From Eimeria praecox (Eukaryota), in the NCBI GenBank assembly GCA_963920595.1, contig OY986948.1, positions 1,488,001 to 1,552,000 of the forward strand: a DNA stretch of 64,000 bases, given 5' to 3'. The notes under the pieces were generated by a model. That model was not told the DNA's origin and did not search any database. It saw only the letters and a list, made by a program, of their open reading frames with translations. Position 1 is the stretch's first letter; each line of letters starts with the position of its first letter. Below, in pieces: positions 23,546 through 36,677 of this stretch. The translations under genes were made by a program, and so were the position numbers.

Positions 23546-26500
23546 GTAGCCTGAGCATTATGTTTGAGCTACTCCCACAACGCAGTAGGCTGCGCAGGGC
23601 ATAACTGGCTAAACATGGTGTAAGGGGGCAGCCAACAGGGGGTCTAGGCGTTTGAACGCTGATTGAGGCCATATTATCTAGCGGAATTGACTCGACTGGC
23701 GATGTTACAACTCTAGAATCTAATCCCTCCGAGGACGCGACAGGGCTGGGCCACTCGCATGAATGCTGCCACGAAGTATCTAAGCATGTGCTTACGCGTG
23801 TAGCGATTGGTTTCGTCATTACTGTACTGTGCAATCACGCCTCAGTTGGGGTCTACTAGAAATCCAAAGTGGCGGTGCACTTCGAAATGAATTGAAAACC
23901 GAGCGTCCCCTTCCGATACTCTCCCCAGGGAGCTGAGAACACTTCGGTAACTATTGTCCTGGCCACGAAGTGGTGAAACGCTTCTCGATAAGAACCCAGC
24001 AGTATTCTTTTGGCGGAAGATGTTGTCATTCATTTAAGGGTTCCACAAGAAGGGGCAGCTAGGTGGGGGACTGCAATACAGTCGGATTATCGGTTCTGTG
24101 CCCTATCATCTTTGGGTATAACGCCCTGTTTTGGTTCCGAAGTACAATCCAGGGTTCCTTCGATAGGTGTGTCGTATCTTCTAGTGCAATGAAGGAGCCA
24201 CCCGAGCACGCGATAAATCCAGCAAAAGCAGTCAACTGAGGTGGTTTAGCCGGATAAGCTACCTCCCCTAACGAGTGCGCAACACATTGCATGTTTCTCC
24301 TGCTTTTCTTAGAAGCTCCTTAGAATTAGAAAAGCCCAGCGGAGGAGTTAGCTCAGCAGACCTCCGCATTGATGCATCTAGTTGTGAAGGTTGTGCTTTT
24401 CCTATCGGCCCCGCAGATTTACTCCGGGAAGTATCATAACCTGCGGGAGAGTCCGCACAAGATGGCAGGTACCCCACAGATAAGCAGACCTTTCCCTCTA
24501 CAGCCAAAGGTCGCTTTTGCCACGACTGTCAGTGAGCTAAATAGCGGCTGACAGCCAATGCTTTGCAGCATGCGTACACGGCTCATAGCACCCACTCGAC
24601 TCTTGCTTACTAGCAACTGGGGGTCTGGCTGGCTATCGTGCAAGCCACCAACAGGTGATCACGCTGCCTCCGCGATCACCGCAGGACTATCGGGAATGTA
24701 CAGTCCCTCTCTCCGCAACAGTGCCGCGGGGTGGGTGGAATTCTAAAGATGCAGACAGTTCTCACAATTCTGAGACCGGAGCTGTTTCAATTTTCCTGCA
24801 GCTCCCTCAATGAAACCGTCACTTGCTAGTTTCGACAGACTAAATCAGGCACCTTCGCTTGAGCTAAATCCACTTCAAATGTGGGACATTGATAATGCCC
24901 GATATTGTATACCGCACGTTCAACGGGAATTCTTAATCCACAAGAAGCTGGACAGGAAAACTCTGCGCAGTGTCATGCCTCTGTAAAGGGCTGCATGATG
25001 TGCATGCAGACCATCATACGGTTCTGGCAAGCTCCGCACGATGAGGACTTGTGTGAACTGTCATTTTTCTTTGCGAAACCTATAATTTTGGGAATACACC
25101 GAGACGCGGGACCGCACCGCTGGTGAATCACCAACCATAGCAGTGGTTGGTAGGGAAAGAATTCAGTTGCGGAAATGCAGGTGTAGCCAGTGGCCAGGTA
25201 TTTTTTCCTCCTGCTACAGGGCGGCTCCTGCCTTTGCTGTACCACTGTCAAATTCGGTGGTAGCGAATGACCCCGAACATCTGATTAATTTTACACATAA
25301 AGAGGGTGCGCCCCTATGTGGAAGGGCTTCTGTGCAGAGGAACGGCTAGAGCTTTTAGATTTGTCAAAACTGCCACACGCATCGAGGTAGATAATGATTG
25401 GTTGCTTCTTGCTCCGTCTTGAGAGCCCACTCACCCAAGCTGGGGCTGTGCTGGGATAGTGCGCAGTAGCTCACTATTGTTCAGAGGCCCCTGGTTAAAC
25501 TGCCGAGCTCAAGAGGAGTGTAACGGGAGGAAAGACTACGATAGATGCCATTTGCAGAGGGATGTATAATGGGCAGCCAGCGTGCGTCTGCATCGTACTT
25601 TCGTCCTGAAGCAACTGCGTGCGCCAGCGTCGACGAAGTCCTGCAAACGGACCATTGACGGGGAACGGTCCCTATAAAAGAACGCCGCCTGCCGTACAGT
25701 GCATCTGGGCAGGTGCAGTATAGTGGGCACGACCAAGAGTACAGGAGTCACCATCTCCGGGTGGTCTACGGTAGTGAAGCTGCGCGCTTTAATGTGCAGG
25801 TATAAGCGAGTTCTCCCTGCTGTCCTTGAACAGGCCTACTGTCATACTGCAGTTGTGAAGCTCACCAGGGATGTCGATGCTGCAAGCGACTGATATTGGA
25901 AGCTGCGCACGCAGGAGGGGCGCTCTGTAAGGGGCAGCAGCTCAGTGAATGCATGTGCTCTTCTGACGCTGTCCACCACCGTAGTTCTCGAGCTGCTACT
26001 CGCCGTACAGTAGGAAACTGTGGGGTCCTGTGCCGGCCAATGGGGAAGAATTTTGGCAATATGCTTAGCGTGGATGTTTCAGTCTCTGGTCCCCGCAAGG
26101 CTGAGGCAGAAGTCTGATCAAACGATTTGCTGTGTTCTCAATTTGCAGGGTTGAGCGCTGTAAACACGTTGCTTTACTGAATATATTGGTGCAGGCAGCA
26201 CAATACCTCTGTTAGTATTGCGGAGGGAAAGCACAAGGGGGAGACTGTGGGCAGTAGTGACGTTTTCCAGCCACAGCTGAGTCATGGGAAATCCCTGGTT
26301 GCTGTGGAGCCTTGGCGCGGGGTAGGTACAATTTTGAAAATTGTTTGCGAGCGAAGAGTATCCACTGGTATGCGGGGGTCGAATCTAAGGGGTCGAAACC
26401 TCGGAATATTGTTGCATAGAGCTCTCTGATGATACTAAGTGGCAGTCATGATTGTAAACTCCAAAAGAATTTTCGAGAATTGACACTGGAAAATGTCGAT

Positions 26501-29500
26501 GGCGAAAGGAGCATCCGCCCTTTTTGATGAAGCGAAGGAAAATCCTCAGAGCTACGGCAAACAGATGAATGTATAGCCTTAGAACCGTGTTTGCATGGCC
26601 CGGCAAGTGCAGCGCACGGATGAACGAAATGAAGAAAGCTCTGATCCGCAGGACCATTGCAGCTCGCCGTGGGAAATTCATAATCTGACTTTCCCGCTGC
26701 TCAGCCTTGAGGGAGCCAAGGGAGGCGGGACCTACTCGCCCTCTCTCTTGAACCCCCCCCCATCCGATTGCAAGGGCTTATGCTACCTCGGCCACTAGTA
26801 TGGGAAGTTCGCTTTTCTGATTACTATCTTTTGCCAACTGACATATCTGCCTACACTAGCTGAGGACTATGCTTTGGGCAAGCTGGTTTCTGAGCCTGAT
26901 ATGCCGCGTTGCTGGGATCGCTTCCGTTGCCTATTACCCAAAGAGCTTTTTTAGAATTGCTACTACGCAGAATCGAGTTGGACGAATGGCAGCTGTCGGC
27001 TAAAACTACCTTGAAAACTTGCTTTTTTATTCGAAACTTGCAAAAAAATCAGCAGCGCTTGTTAGCAGGGATCCGTGGTGTTATCAGGTATTAGTTTAGC
27101 TATGCTGGTGTTGGCTCTCTTAGTGGAGAATAGAATAGCTGCTTCTCGCGGATAAGCAATTTATTCTAGGACGGATCAATCCGTGTCAGGGCAGCCAGCC
27201 ACGCCCGCTACCCTCCCGACATATATTCTTATGTGTGGCGCTTCCGCAATATGCTTGTTTTTGAACCAGAATAGCATGTAATATGTTTCAAAATGGCGTT
27301 CTCCATCAGTGTGTTGGAGATTGTAGCAATGCTCACATTCTCGATTTCTTTTTACGGCTAGGTTGTGCTGGAGAGCAAGAGTAACCTTGGAGCATTCGGC
27401 CAAATTGGTCTGGCCCGTCATGCTGCCTAAACTGCACTGGTTTGAAAAAAAACCCAACGAAACGCAAAAAGGAGTTGAACTGCGACGGTGCTAGCACGTC
27501 TGGTTCTGTGCATGGAAACAGATTTGGGTGTATTTTATCTAATCGATAGCCCCAGAGAAAACTCCTTCGGGTTTTAAAGGTTGGGATAGCTTGGCATCGG
27601 ACTGTTAAGGTGAAAACCAGAAATGTTCTCGAGTGTGCCAGCGACTCTACCTTGTGTCTTGGACTGCTGCTGCTGCCGGGTTATCCTTGGGATACAGCGG
27701 AGTTGAACTGCCTCGGTGCTCGCACGTCTGTTTCTTTGCATGAAACTAGACTTGGCTACTTTTCTACAAGCAGGTCTCTCCTAAGTACGTCTCATGTTGA
27801 ATTAACCCTGTTTATCTTTAAAGCCAGCGTTGGAGAAGAAAAATGATTCTTCAATGATTCTATATTGAACAGGCATAATGAAGGCAAAAAATTAAAGCCG
27901 GGAAAGACACTTACTATGTTATCATGCGCTGAAGAGGACCCTTCCAATCAAGATTAGGTTTTAGTCTAGTATTGCACGAAAGTCCTCCTGACACGTTGAT
28001 CTCCTAATGCCAATGCCAAGTTTTTCAACAGCTTATCTGAACGCTCCGAAGACGGCACTGCTCATTCTTGTGCATTTTCGGGCCCGCCGGCAAAGCAAGA
28101 TTTATGACCGCCAGAAATGCAAGCGTGCAAGATCTGCCAGGGTAAATGGCGCCTGTGATTGTAGTAGGTGACGGTCAACGAAAAAGGCTTGGAACTGTCT
28201 TCAGTTGGCACCTTGTTCCAACAAACGATCATTGGGCAATTTGATTTGTAGCTCCAAACGGTTCTGCTGTCAAGTCATTTTGCATAAAAAGTCCTCCTCA
28301 TCCCAGCCGGATTTTCTTGTGTTTGAGGAGAGCACAAACGGAAATGCACACGGCTAGGCAGAACGAAAAGGCGAAACACTCTCTAGTGCCCCAGAACATG
28401 AAAAGGAACGCAAAACTTTCTATTCACTGTAATTAATGCGCACTTCGCTTGATGGTCAATAAATCATATATTTGGATCCAGGCTGAAAAATCTAACGACT
28501 CAGCTTCCTAAAAGAAGGCTGAGATTTCGTCAGTGAAGGTTTTGTGAAAATATGCTTTATAAAATATTTCCCTGCATACCCATGCAGAGACCTTCAAATT
28601 TAACGCGGGCATCCAACACTCAGCCTTTACTGTTCAGCAGCTAACGAGATCCGCTAAGGAAGCGGCAGGTGCAAGTTCCAATAACGCTGTTCCTGCGCCA
28701 AACAGTTAGGCCAGGCATATTAATCTTTGCCTTTGGCTTGCAACTGGGGACCTGTCGGTAGTGCGGGATTTTTCGGTTTTTATAATTCCTCTAGGGTTCT
28801 CCTAAACATTGGCTGCCTAGGGCAAATCTAGCATGAACCATGCAACAATGTACGCCATTTCGGGAAAAGTTCCATTCAAGGTTGTTGCAAGGAGTTTTCA
28901 TTGGGGATAAAGCTACGTTGGTCATTGACCTCTTCACACACAGGATACGCTAAAATACGCAACTGGGAACCTAGGCCGGCTTCCAAGACCGCTAGTACTA
29001 GCAAAACACTCCCTGAGCCGGACGCCTAGGTCCTCAAGCCGAAGCCTGCCAGCGAACAGATACCAAGGCAAGAGTAGCGGTAAGACCACGCACAATTCCA
29101 CACCAAATCGAACCTTCTGAATGTCCGGTAAAGCGTTAATTGGCTTCTGCAGTGCACGCTAAAGGAAGCGGAAAGAAAAAAAGCATGTGCGGATAAACTA
29201 TAATCTCGCGCGGGATGTGTCTTTCCTGATATTTCCTTCAACCGGCTAAACGGCACGCGGAATGCAATCTTTAGCCAACATGCTGCCGGCGCATATTTGC
29301 TAATCGGATTGATCTGCGGGGCACAAAAACGCGATAACAAAATTCAGAAGGAAGCAACGCATACAGTGTCACGCAACAGGAAGAGGGGCCAGCTATGTTT
29401 GAACCTTACATGCGAAGCATGGGAAAATTACGAGATTGGCAAAATTTTCCGCGACGGTCTGTCTGATTGGTTGTTTCACTTTCTATAATACATCTGGCTG

Positions 29501-32500
29501 CGAGAGAGGAGAAAGCCGTCAAAAAAAATGTAGTGAAATATTTTCACACCCCTCTTCCGGCTAGCAGGGTTTTCCTTCTAGTATGTGCCAACAAAACATC
29601 CGCATTAGCCTTCCCGATTAGGGCTGCCGCGGTTAGGTAGACAGTACAAAACCTAGCCATAAATAAATGGCTTCACGGTGTGAGGCCTCGGACATTTTGC
29701 TCCCCCTTTTATTGAAGAAAAACAAAATTACAGGGCAAGGTTGCCCCTGCCCGCGCTTTCATCTTGATATTTGCAAAAATAGCTTGACAGTTGGTTTAGT
29801 CCCAAAATTCATGTTTCGTGCATATAGAATTTTTTTTTGGTATCCGGTGATAAAACATATTTTGATTTGGTGACTCTTGCTGTGCGGTGCTTTGGCTATG
29901 ACCAACCTGCGGCTGACTGCAATTGCTGTACAGTATACGAGGCATGTCTGCAGGAACCGGGCTTGGCCAAAGCTATCTCTATTGCAATTGAGCTATATAG
30001 AGTGTCTTTTTTTAGTTTGGGCTTTGCAATTAACATTCTTTGAAACGCCGTATCCCAATAGCTCTACCAAAATACTTCCTGCAGCAGTACTTCCTTTCTT
30101 CTATTGGGAACTTCAAAATACGCCACCGCTGATTCTCGAGAACGAAACCAAACGGAATTGCAATAAATAAAAGCAAATATCCGTGCTGCTGCGCTTTCCC
30201 CTGGGCTGTTGTCTCCAGACAACCTGCCGGGAAAAGAATTCGATACTCCTCCGGTCAGTGGTGTTTGAAAAAATCCAAATTCAAGGGTGGACATATTTCC
30301 TCAGGTGCAAAAGGCCTCTCTAGTATCATATTCTCTCTTTAGATTTTTTACTAATCTTGACGACGCGAAGGGTGAATCACGTAATAAAGCGGACCCCAGC
30401 TTGCACCCGACTCAACAGAAATATGAACAGATATTGCCGCCTGCGAACAATAGCTTGCTGGAACTCCTAGTCGTCTGGGTGAATTTTAACGCGCGCTGTC
30501 ATAAACCGCATATGGGACGAGAGAAAATTCCCCGCTCTGTCTTATTTATCCAACACCTTTTCTGGAAAAAGTCAATGCCAGCTGCATATTTAAAATGGTT
30601 GATTAGCAACACCAATATTGAAGCGTTATTATTTTTCTGTGTAGATATTTTATCCTCGCGAGCTAGGTTCCCACAAATGGGGAATCGGCGGATAGCCAAT
30701 GGAATACACCGTGTTATACTGTATTTTTAAGGAGTGCAAACGTGAGAGAGTCGCGCCCCTCAAAATATACACCTCACATTTCTGACTACAGGAATTTTTG
30801 CATTCCTAACAAACGCAGTTAGCTCCTTGTTCGAGCCAGGTCAACTCCAAGTTATTTTCTCCTAGTGCTCTCTGGAATTTTCCACAACAGTGCAAATGCC
30901 AGATTTTACGTGGGGCCCAATTCTGCCCCAGATATTAAAGTATTTTACCAGATGGATCCCCAACAGCTATGTTTAAAAGTATTTACGAAAGAAAATTGTT
31001 TCAATCAAGGACTGTTGGGGAAAACGTAAATTCTTTTAAAAGCAGACATAGGCAATATTTTTTCCCCGGACAACAAGTATGGTTAACCTACGAGCGAATA
31101 TGTTGATCAGGATAACAGCAGCTGATGGTGACTTATATCCTGTATGAGAGGTGGTCACGATTGGGCCAGCAACCCAGGCCTTTAACCTCATCCATCATCA
31201 ATGAATGCATTCCTGCCGTGCTGACACGAAAGCTACGCCTAACATCGGAGTTGCCAAGCAGGCAACGGAAACCTGTGCAATACCTTCTCGCACTCGACCC
31301 TATGCATGACACCCAGCATGTTCTCCTAAGGCAAACCACTGGTTACTGCAACCGCTCATAGTTCCCCGCTTTTTTGCAGCCAAATAAATATAAACCGGTT
31401 ATATTCGTGCTCTGTCCAACGGTTGGCCTTCGAGCATCGTAGATGGCCCAAGGCACCACAAAACAGGCGGCGAACCCTTCGTGGGATTTTTATTCAGAAG
31501 CTGAGAAAACATAAATGCATAGAATACGTGCAATGCAGTAAATCATGTGACTTCCATCCGACAGAACAAACAATGCTCTTTAGCCCCGTCATCATAGCCG
31601 CGGAGGATTCAGCGGGCTGCTTTCTAGTTCCTTCTGGTCATAGTTAAACCGAAATTGGGCCCCTCTCATGAGTACGGAATCACAAAATAGTTCATACGCT
31701 CGTAACGCTTTCCACAGCAAATTCCGTACTAAACTCCAAAATGCTTCTCGGTTTCTGAGAACCTTAGAGCACAAGCTACCAAAGTAAGCTTCCCCTGAAT
31801 GCTGCGTTTATTCGTGTTCATCAGTTGTTGGAGACCTAGTCAATCATGCCGCTAACACCGCAGCATTGCTCACTCCTGACACCACCAGCTTGCCCTTGCT
31901 CCACAAACCCCGCTAGCAATAGGTGTCTTATACTGGCCTGGTGGCCGCATACCAGCACAGTACGGGAGTTAAAGAACAAAGATGTGTCGTAGGCAGATCC
32001 ATAACACCTTCCAGCAATTTAGGTCAGCAACTAAGCTCTGCTGCCTTATGCCTTCCAATTCCAAGCCTCGTGAGGCAGAGGAAAGCCAACTATCCTGCGC
32101 TGTATTTTCATAAGCCTCTAGCGTTACGTGCTGACCATTCCGTTCAAGCATTGGGAAGTTATTGGATAAACTATATTTTTGTCTGTGCCTGGCATTCCGC
32201 TGAACCTTACCCGTCGCGCAAACCAAATCCCAACACGTGCACTGGCCAAACATACGATGACACTCTCGTTGCTGCTCATCTCCGCTGTCAAGCAGCTACG
32301 AGGGGGCGTCGGAGGTCCCAACCCTGGCTCCTAGCATACGCCAGGATTAACAAATTGCCCGATGATGCACAACACGGATCCCGGGGCTCTCTGAGGGGCC
32401 AACACAATAGGCGCCATCTGCAGGCCGTTACCACAACTGGTAGCGTACCACCAAAGACCGCAGCGCCACGGGTGTAATATGAATTTTACTGGGGATTAGG

Positions 32501-35500
32501 TATAATAGTTATTCACCTGCTGCTTGATGGGTTCCTTCGGCCGTGGAGCCGCCTTTTCGGGGAGTTAGCTGGGACCCGCGCCCACCAGTAAGAAATAACT
32601 TCATTCCAGTCAAACACAAACGGTAAATTATTTTGCGGGCTCCCTTACTGCATGGGCCTCTAGCACCCAAACAAGATAGCTCTGGGTGGCAGAGGTAAGC
32701 CCAGCGATGGAACTAGGTGGTTTGTCTTGCTGCGTACCGCGCTGCCAAGGGCAGCGCCCACGGGCAAGCATGACATGCAGCACATGTGCCTCACACCCAA
32801 TACTGCTTTTTCAGCGGCCGGTTTCAAGCAACGATAAGATTATTGACAAACTTCAACACTCCTTAACGAGGGCTGGACAATTTTACCATCCAATTTTATT
32901 CCCCGCCCTCCGCGTGTGGCTATGAGCACATCCAAAGCTGCATATATCGAAGTCTCCCAGGCATTCGTCAAGGCATTACTTACGTGATTCTTTACGAATT
33001 TCATAATGCACACTTCCTCCCCTGTTTGCAAATACTCTAACGTTCCTGCAGCGTATGAAAATCTACAGATTTCTATTAATGGGTTTCCCAACGGCCACAG
33101 TAGCTTAGGACGAAACTTTGCCTGCGCGGCGGAGTACCAGGATGTATCCTGCCCTTTCCGCAACTGTGCCCAATTTCCGCTTACTAGTCCTATTCATCGG
33201 ATAACCAGAGCCCAATTAAATCTGATGAGGCTAAATATCCCCATGATAGTCGCTGTCAACTCCAAGCATACCCCACCTGTCCTGCAGAATCGCCGCTGCC
33301 TTGCTGTCATGTCCTATGGGAAATAGGTGAAGGGCGTACACCTGAGGAACTGTGACGCTGCGCAGTAAGCCCTGAGTGACCGGCCTCCTTATTCCCAAAT
33401 AGCAAAAGGCTTGGACACCCCTTGTGTCCCCTCCAGCGTACTGCAAAGAAAAGTGGTGCAATGACGTGCCTAGACCATTCGTGAACAAAACGAGCAAAAG
33501 TCTAGGATAGGATGGCTATCACGACTCGCGGCCTAGTTGCCGTTTCGTTGGTGTCCCTGCACACCTGCCGGGGAAGCGCCTTCCCTAGGGATTTCCGCGC
33601 AGTTGTAAGGCCTGGGAGTACGTCTCCCCCCAGACGGTATGTGCTTCCCATCAGATGCATCAAAGTAGTAAAACGAGGAACGGCGGACGCTGGATAAGCT
33701 TGCCATATCAAAAGGGAGAGAAATTGTATTTCACCTGCAAAGGCGAGCAGCACTGTCCCAACCTTTTCTGGGTGGGTTGCTGGGGCTTGTAGCGCCTTGA
33801 CAGCCGGGTAAAACAATTACTGCGTCAACCCAACACTTCCTGCACTCATTGTCATTCCTAGTAGCCTGGTGCCCCAAACCCCATGCCCTTTAAATGCCAA
33901 TCCCCACTCCAAGCGGGTGTAGGTACCTTGGGGAATGGCCCGTTCAATATCCAACGCGCTGTTCTGAATATGCCACTGTTATGAAGTTTCTAAAGCAAAT
34001 GCGGCACCATCTAGAGCATGTACTCATCCGCCCCAAATCCCACCAGCATACTTCCTGCATGGGACCTCGCTGCATGAGGCCGCCTCAGGAGGGTCAAAAG
34101 GAAAGTGGGTGCAACTACCACAAAACGATGTGGAATTCGACTATGGGAGTCTGCCTGTAATGGCTGTGGGGGCGGAGCGAAGGTTGACAAACATTGTTGT
34201 CCTTCGTATGCTACAACACAAGCGCCTTCAAGCGTCAGCCTGAACTGACCAGCCTAGCCTCAGGAGGGCTATAGGCATTAGAGGAAGTTGCTTATTGACT
34301 GGCCAAAACAACTCCCCATGCAAGTCGCTTTACTATATATCCCCGCAACTTCCCAGTGGCGCGTTCACCTGCTGGTATCTGCTTTACTCGCCTGTATTTC
34401 TTTTCGGGCGCTTGACAGCAGCAAAACAGAAATCCCCTTCTCCACAACTGCCTGAGCTTCCGCATTTCCCCTCTAGAGAGGCTTGCATGCCACAGCCCCC
34501 TATTTTACGAAACACTTTAGCTTAAACCATTAGTATATAACTTGTGGCATGACTGGGCAGCCTTTCACCAATGCTGTTGCAGTTTGAAATCCATCCCTCT
34601 GCCGGAAGATCGCCTGTCTGAAAACTTCCTAAAGCCCCACAAGCCGCTGGCGCTTCGGTTTGCCGATACCAGTACATCTCACTGCACATGCTTTTGCATA
34701 ATTCGACGGGTCAGCACCGGCTAACAAGTATGGTTGCTGGGATTTGCGCCTCTCGTCACCCTGGTGATAAAGGCTACACCAACAACAAGTGCATCGCTTT
34801 GGACAATCAGATGCATGGCTCTTGCTGCAGCACTGCCCTGGACACATTGCTTTACAGCCCTATGTGCGGTGGTTTCTCTGCAAGAGGCAATACATCATGG
34901 GCTTCATTGTCAACATGCTCCCTGATTATAATGAACTCAAGTGTTGAATCCATCTGGGTTGCCCCCGTGCACACAGGCGTAGAAGCGCGACTGATGCAGA
35001 AATGAGCCTCGAAACGCCTGGGCATAGTGGCCTAGCTACCGGCGAAAATAAAAATGGCTATCCACACTATAGACACACTGAAAACTTCAATTTGTCTGCT
35101 ATGTCGCCATCTCGTCGGTCTGCAATATCATTCTGTTCAGTTTCAAGCACAGCCGCTTCCAGAACCATTTGCCATAAATAATGGGACCCTATGAAAAACC
35201 CTTGGCTTTTTCCCTTCCAGTTCGCCCTTTGCAGCACTTCCCCAGTTTCAGTTTCTGCAGCGTGTGCATACACTGGAATATTGGCTGAAATTGATGACGC
35301 CTCCATCTTGCTAGTCGATTCGCTTCCTTACGCGCGTCCTCAACAAGTGCTGCCGAGCGATTATCATGTAATATGCAGGCGTCCCAGCGTGCAGGCAACC
35401 AGAACCAGTTACATCATAATTGTATCGCCAAGATGCCCTCGAGTATTATTCGCGCCAGATAGGCTGGCGCACTGTGTTTAATCTGAATGTGTGGAGTGCT

Positions 35501-36677
35501 TAGAGATCCTGTCGGCATGAAAGCATATACTAATCTTCTTCCAGGATCTGCAGGTGAGCGAATCCTGCCAGACTAACGTAGGGATGCTCCTCCAGTGGCC
35601 TAAAAGTGTGAATGTATATGCAGTGTGCGTGGCTTCCTAGAGCAGTCTCAATGTCCTCAAATGTTAAGGGGATATGTTTGTGTTTATTGCGGCATGCGCC
35701 ATTAGTACAGGGTGGCATGCTGCTTTGCCCCTGTCCCTGCGTTGAGTGGCGTTGTGACGAACTCTGATAACTCTGCAGCAATTTGCCATTATTTTAGCAG
35801 CATGCCTGCTATAAGTGAGAGGAAGCCCTTCCGTTGCTCATGTTTAATGAAGAAGACACGTTGGAATTGCCCTCAATATCGATACGAGCAATGGTCTCAG
35901 CGAATCCATTAATTTCCTGACTTGGTGTATTGCGCATCGTTACTACGGGTCAGCACAAACAATTTAGGGCGATAATGTTGTTGCCACAAAAAGTGGTAAT
36001 ATTGTGCTTTCAATGCATCAGTAGCCAATTTTCAGGCGGATGCAATGAAAACCATCGGATTGTGCCACTAGTGGTCGTTGGCCATGCAACTTGAGTTCCG
36101 ATCGAAACTATGACTGTCGCCAAGGGCCGGGGGCCTTTCAGCGCTCTTTAGAGCTTTGCAGTCCTAACAGTTCATCAAGGAGCTGCAGGAAAAGTACAGA
36201 ATCAATTTATGAAGATGGAGACTGTGCAAGATATGTTCTTTCCGTTGTGTTTTGAATGTACGTTAATGAAGGGTCCGAATAAACGACCTAGTGTACTCAG
36301 GCATCGCTGTGTTTTCGGGAGTTGGGACAAAGGGAGCGATGCATGCTTTTTCATACTTGCTCAAACTTAATGGCTGCCCGAATTTCACTTCCCGTCAGAG
36401 GGTTTCGCCTGCAGCACGTATGCATAAACCTATTCTTCCCCCGGTGCTCCTATTCCTACGTCGATCTCAGCTGACCGTTAACGCATTTGCCCGCTACAAT
36501 AAAATGCCCTGTATTTCCATATATTATCCCGCTGTAAGGCTAAAGCTTGAGGAAGAGCTCTTCCATTGAGACGAACCTTCTGGGCCATGATTTTAAATGG
36601 AATGCCGCCAACTGGGCCGAGGCAGTGGGGGGACCTATTCTTTTGGGTCTCGCTTCTACAAAGAAAATTTGACGACA

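Noticed and set aside
31900..34500. Possible second decayed retroelement or gene (ORFs of 90-180 aa)
   Set aside because: I recognised no gag, protease, RT, RNase H or integrase motif, and saw no consistent strand bias.
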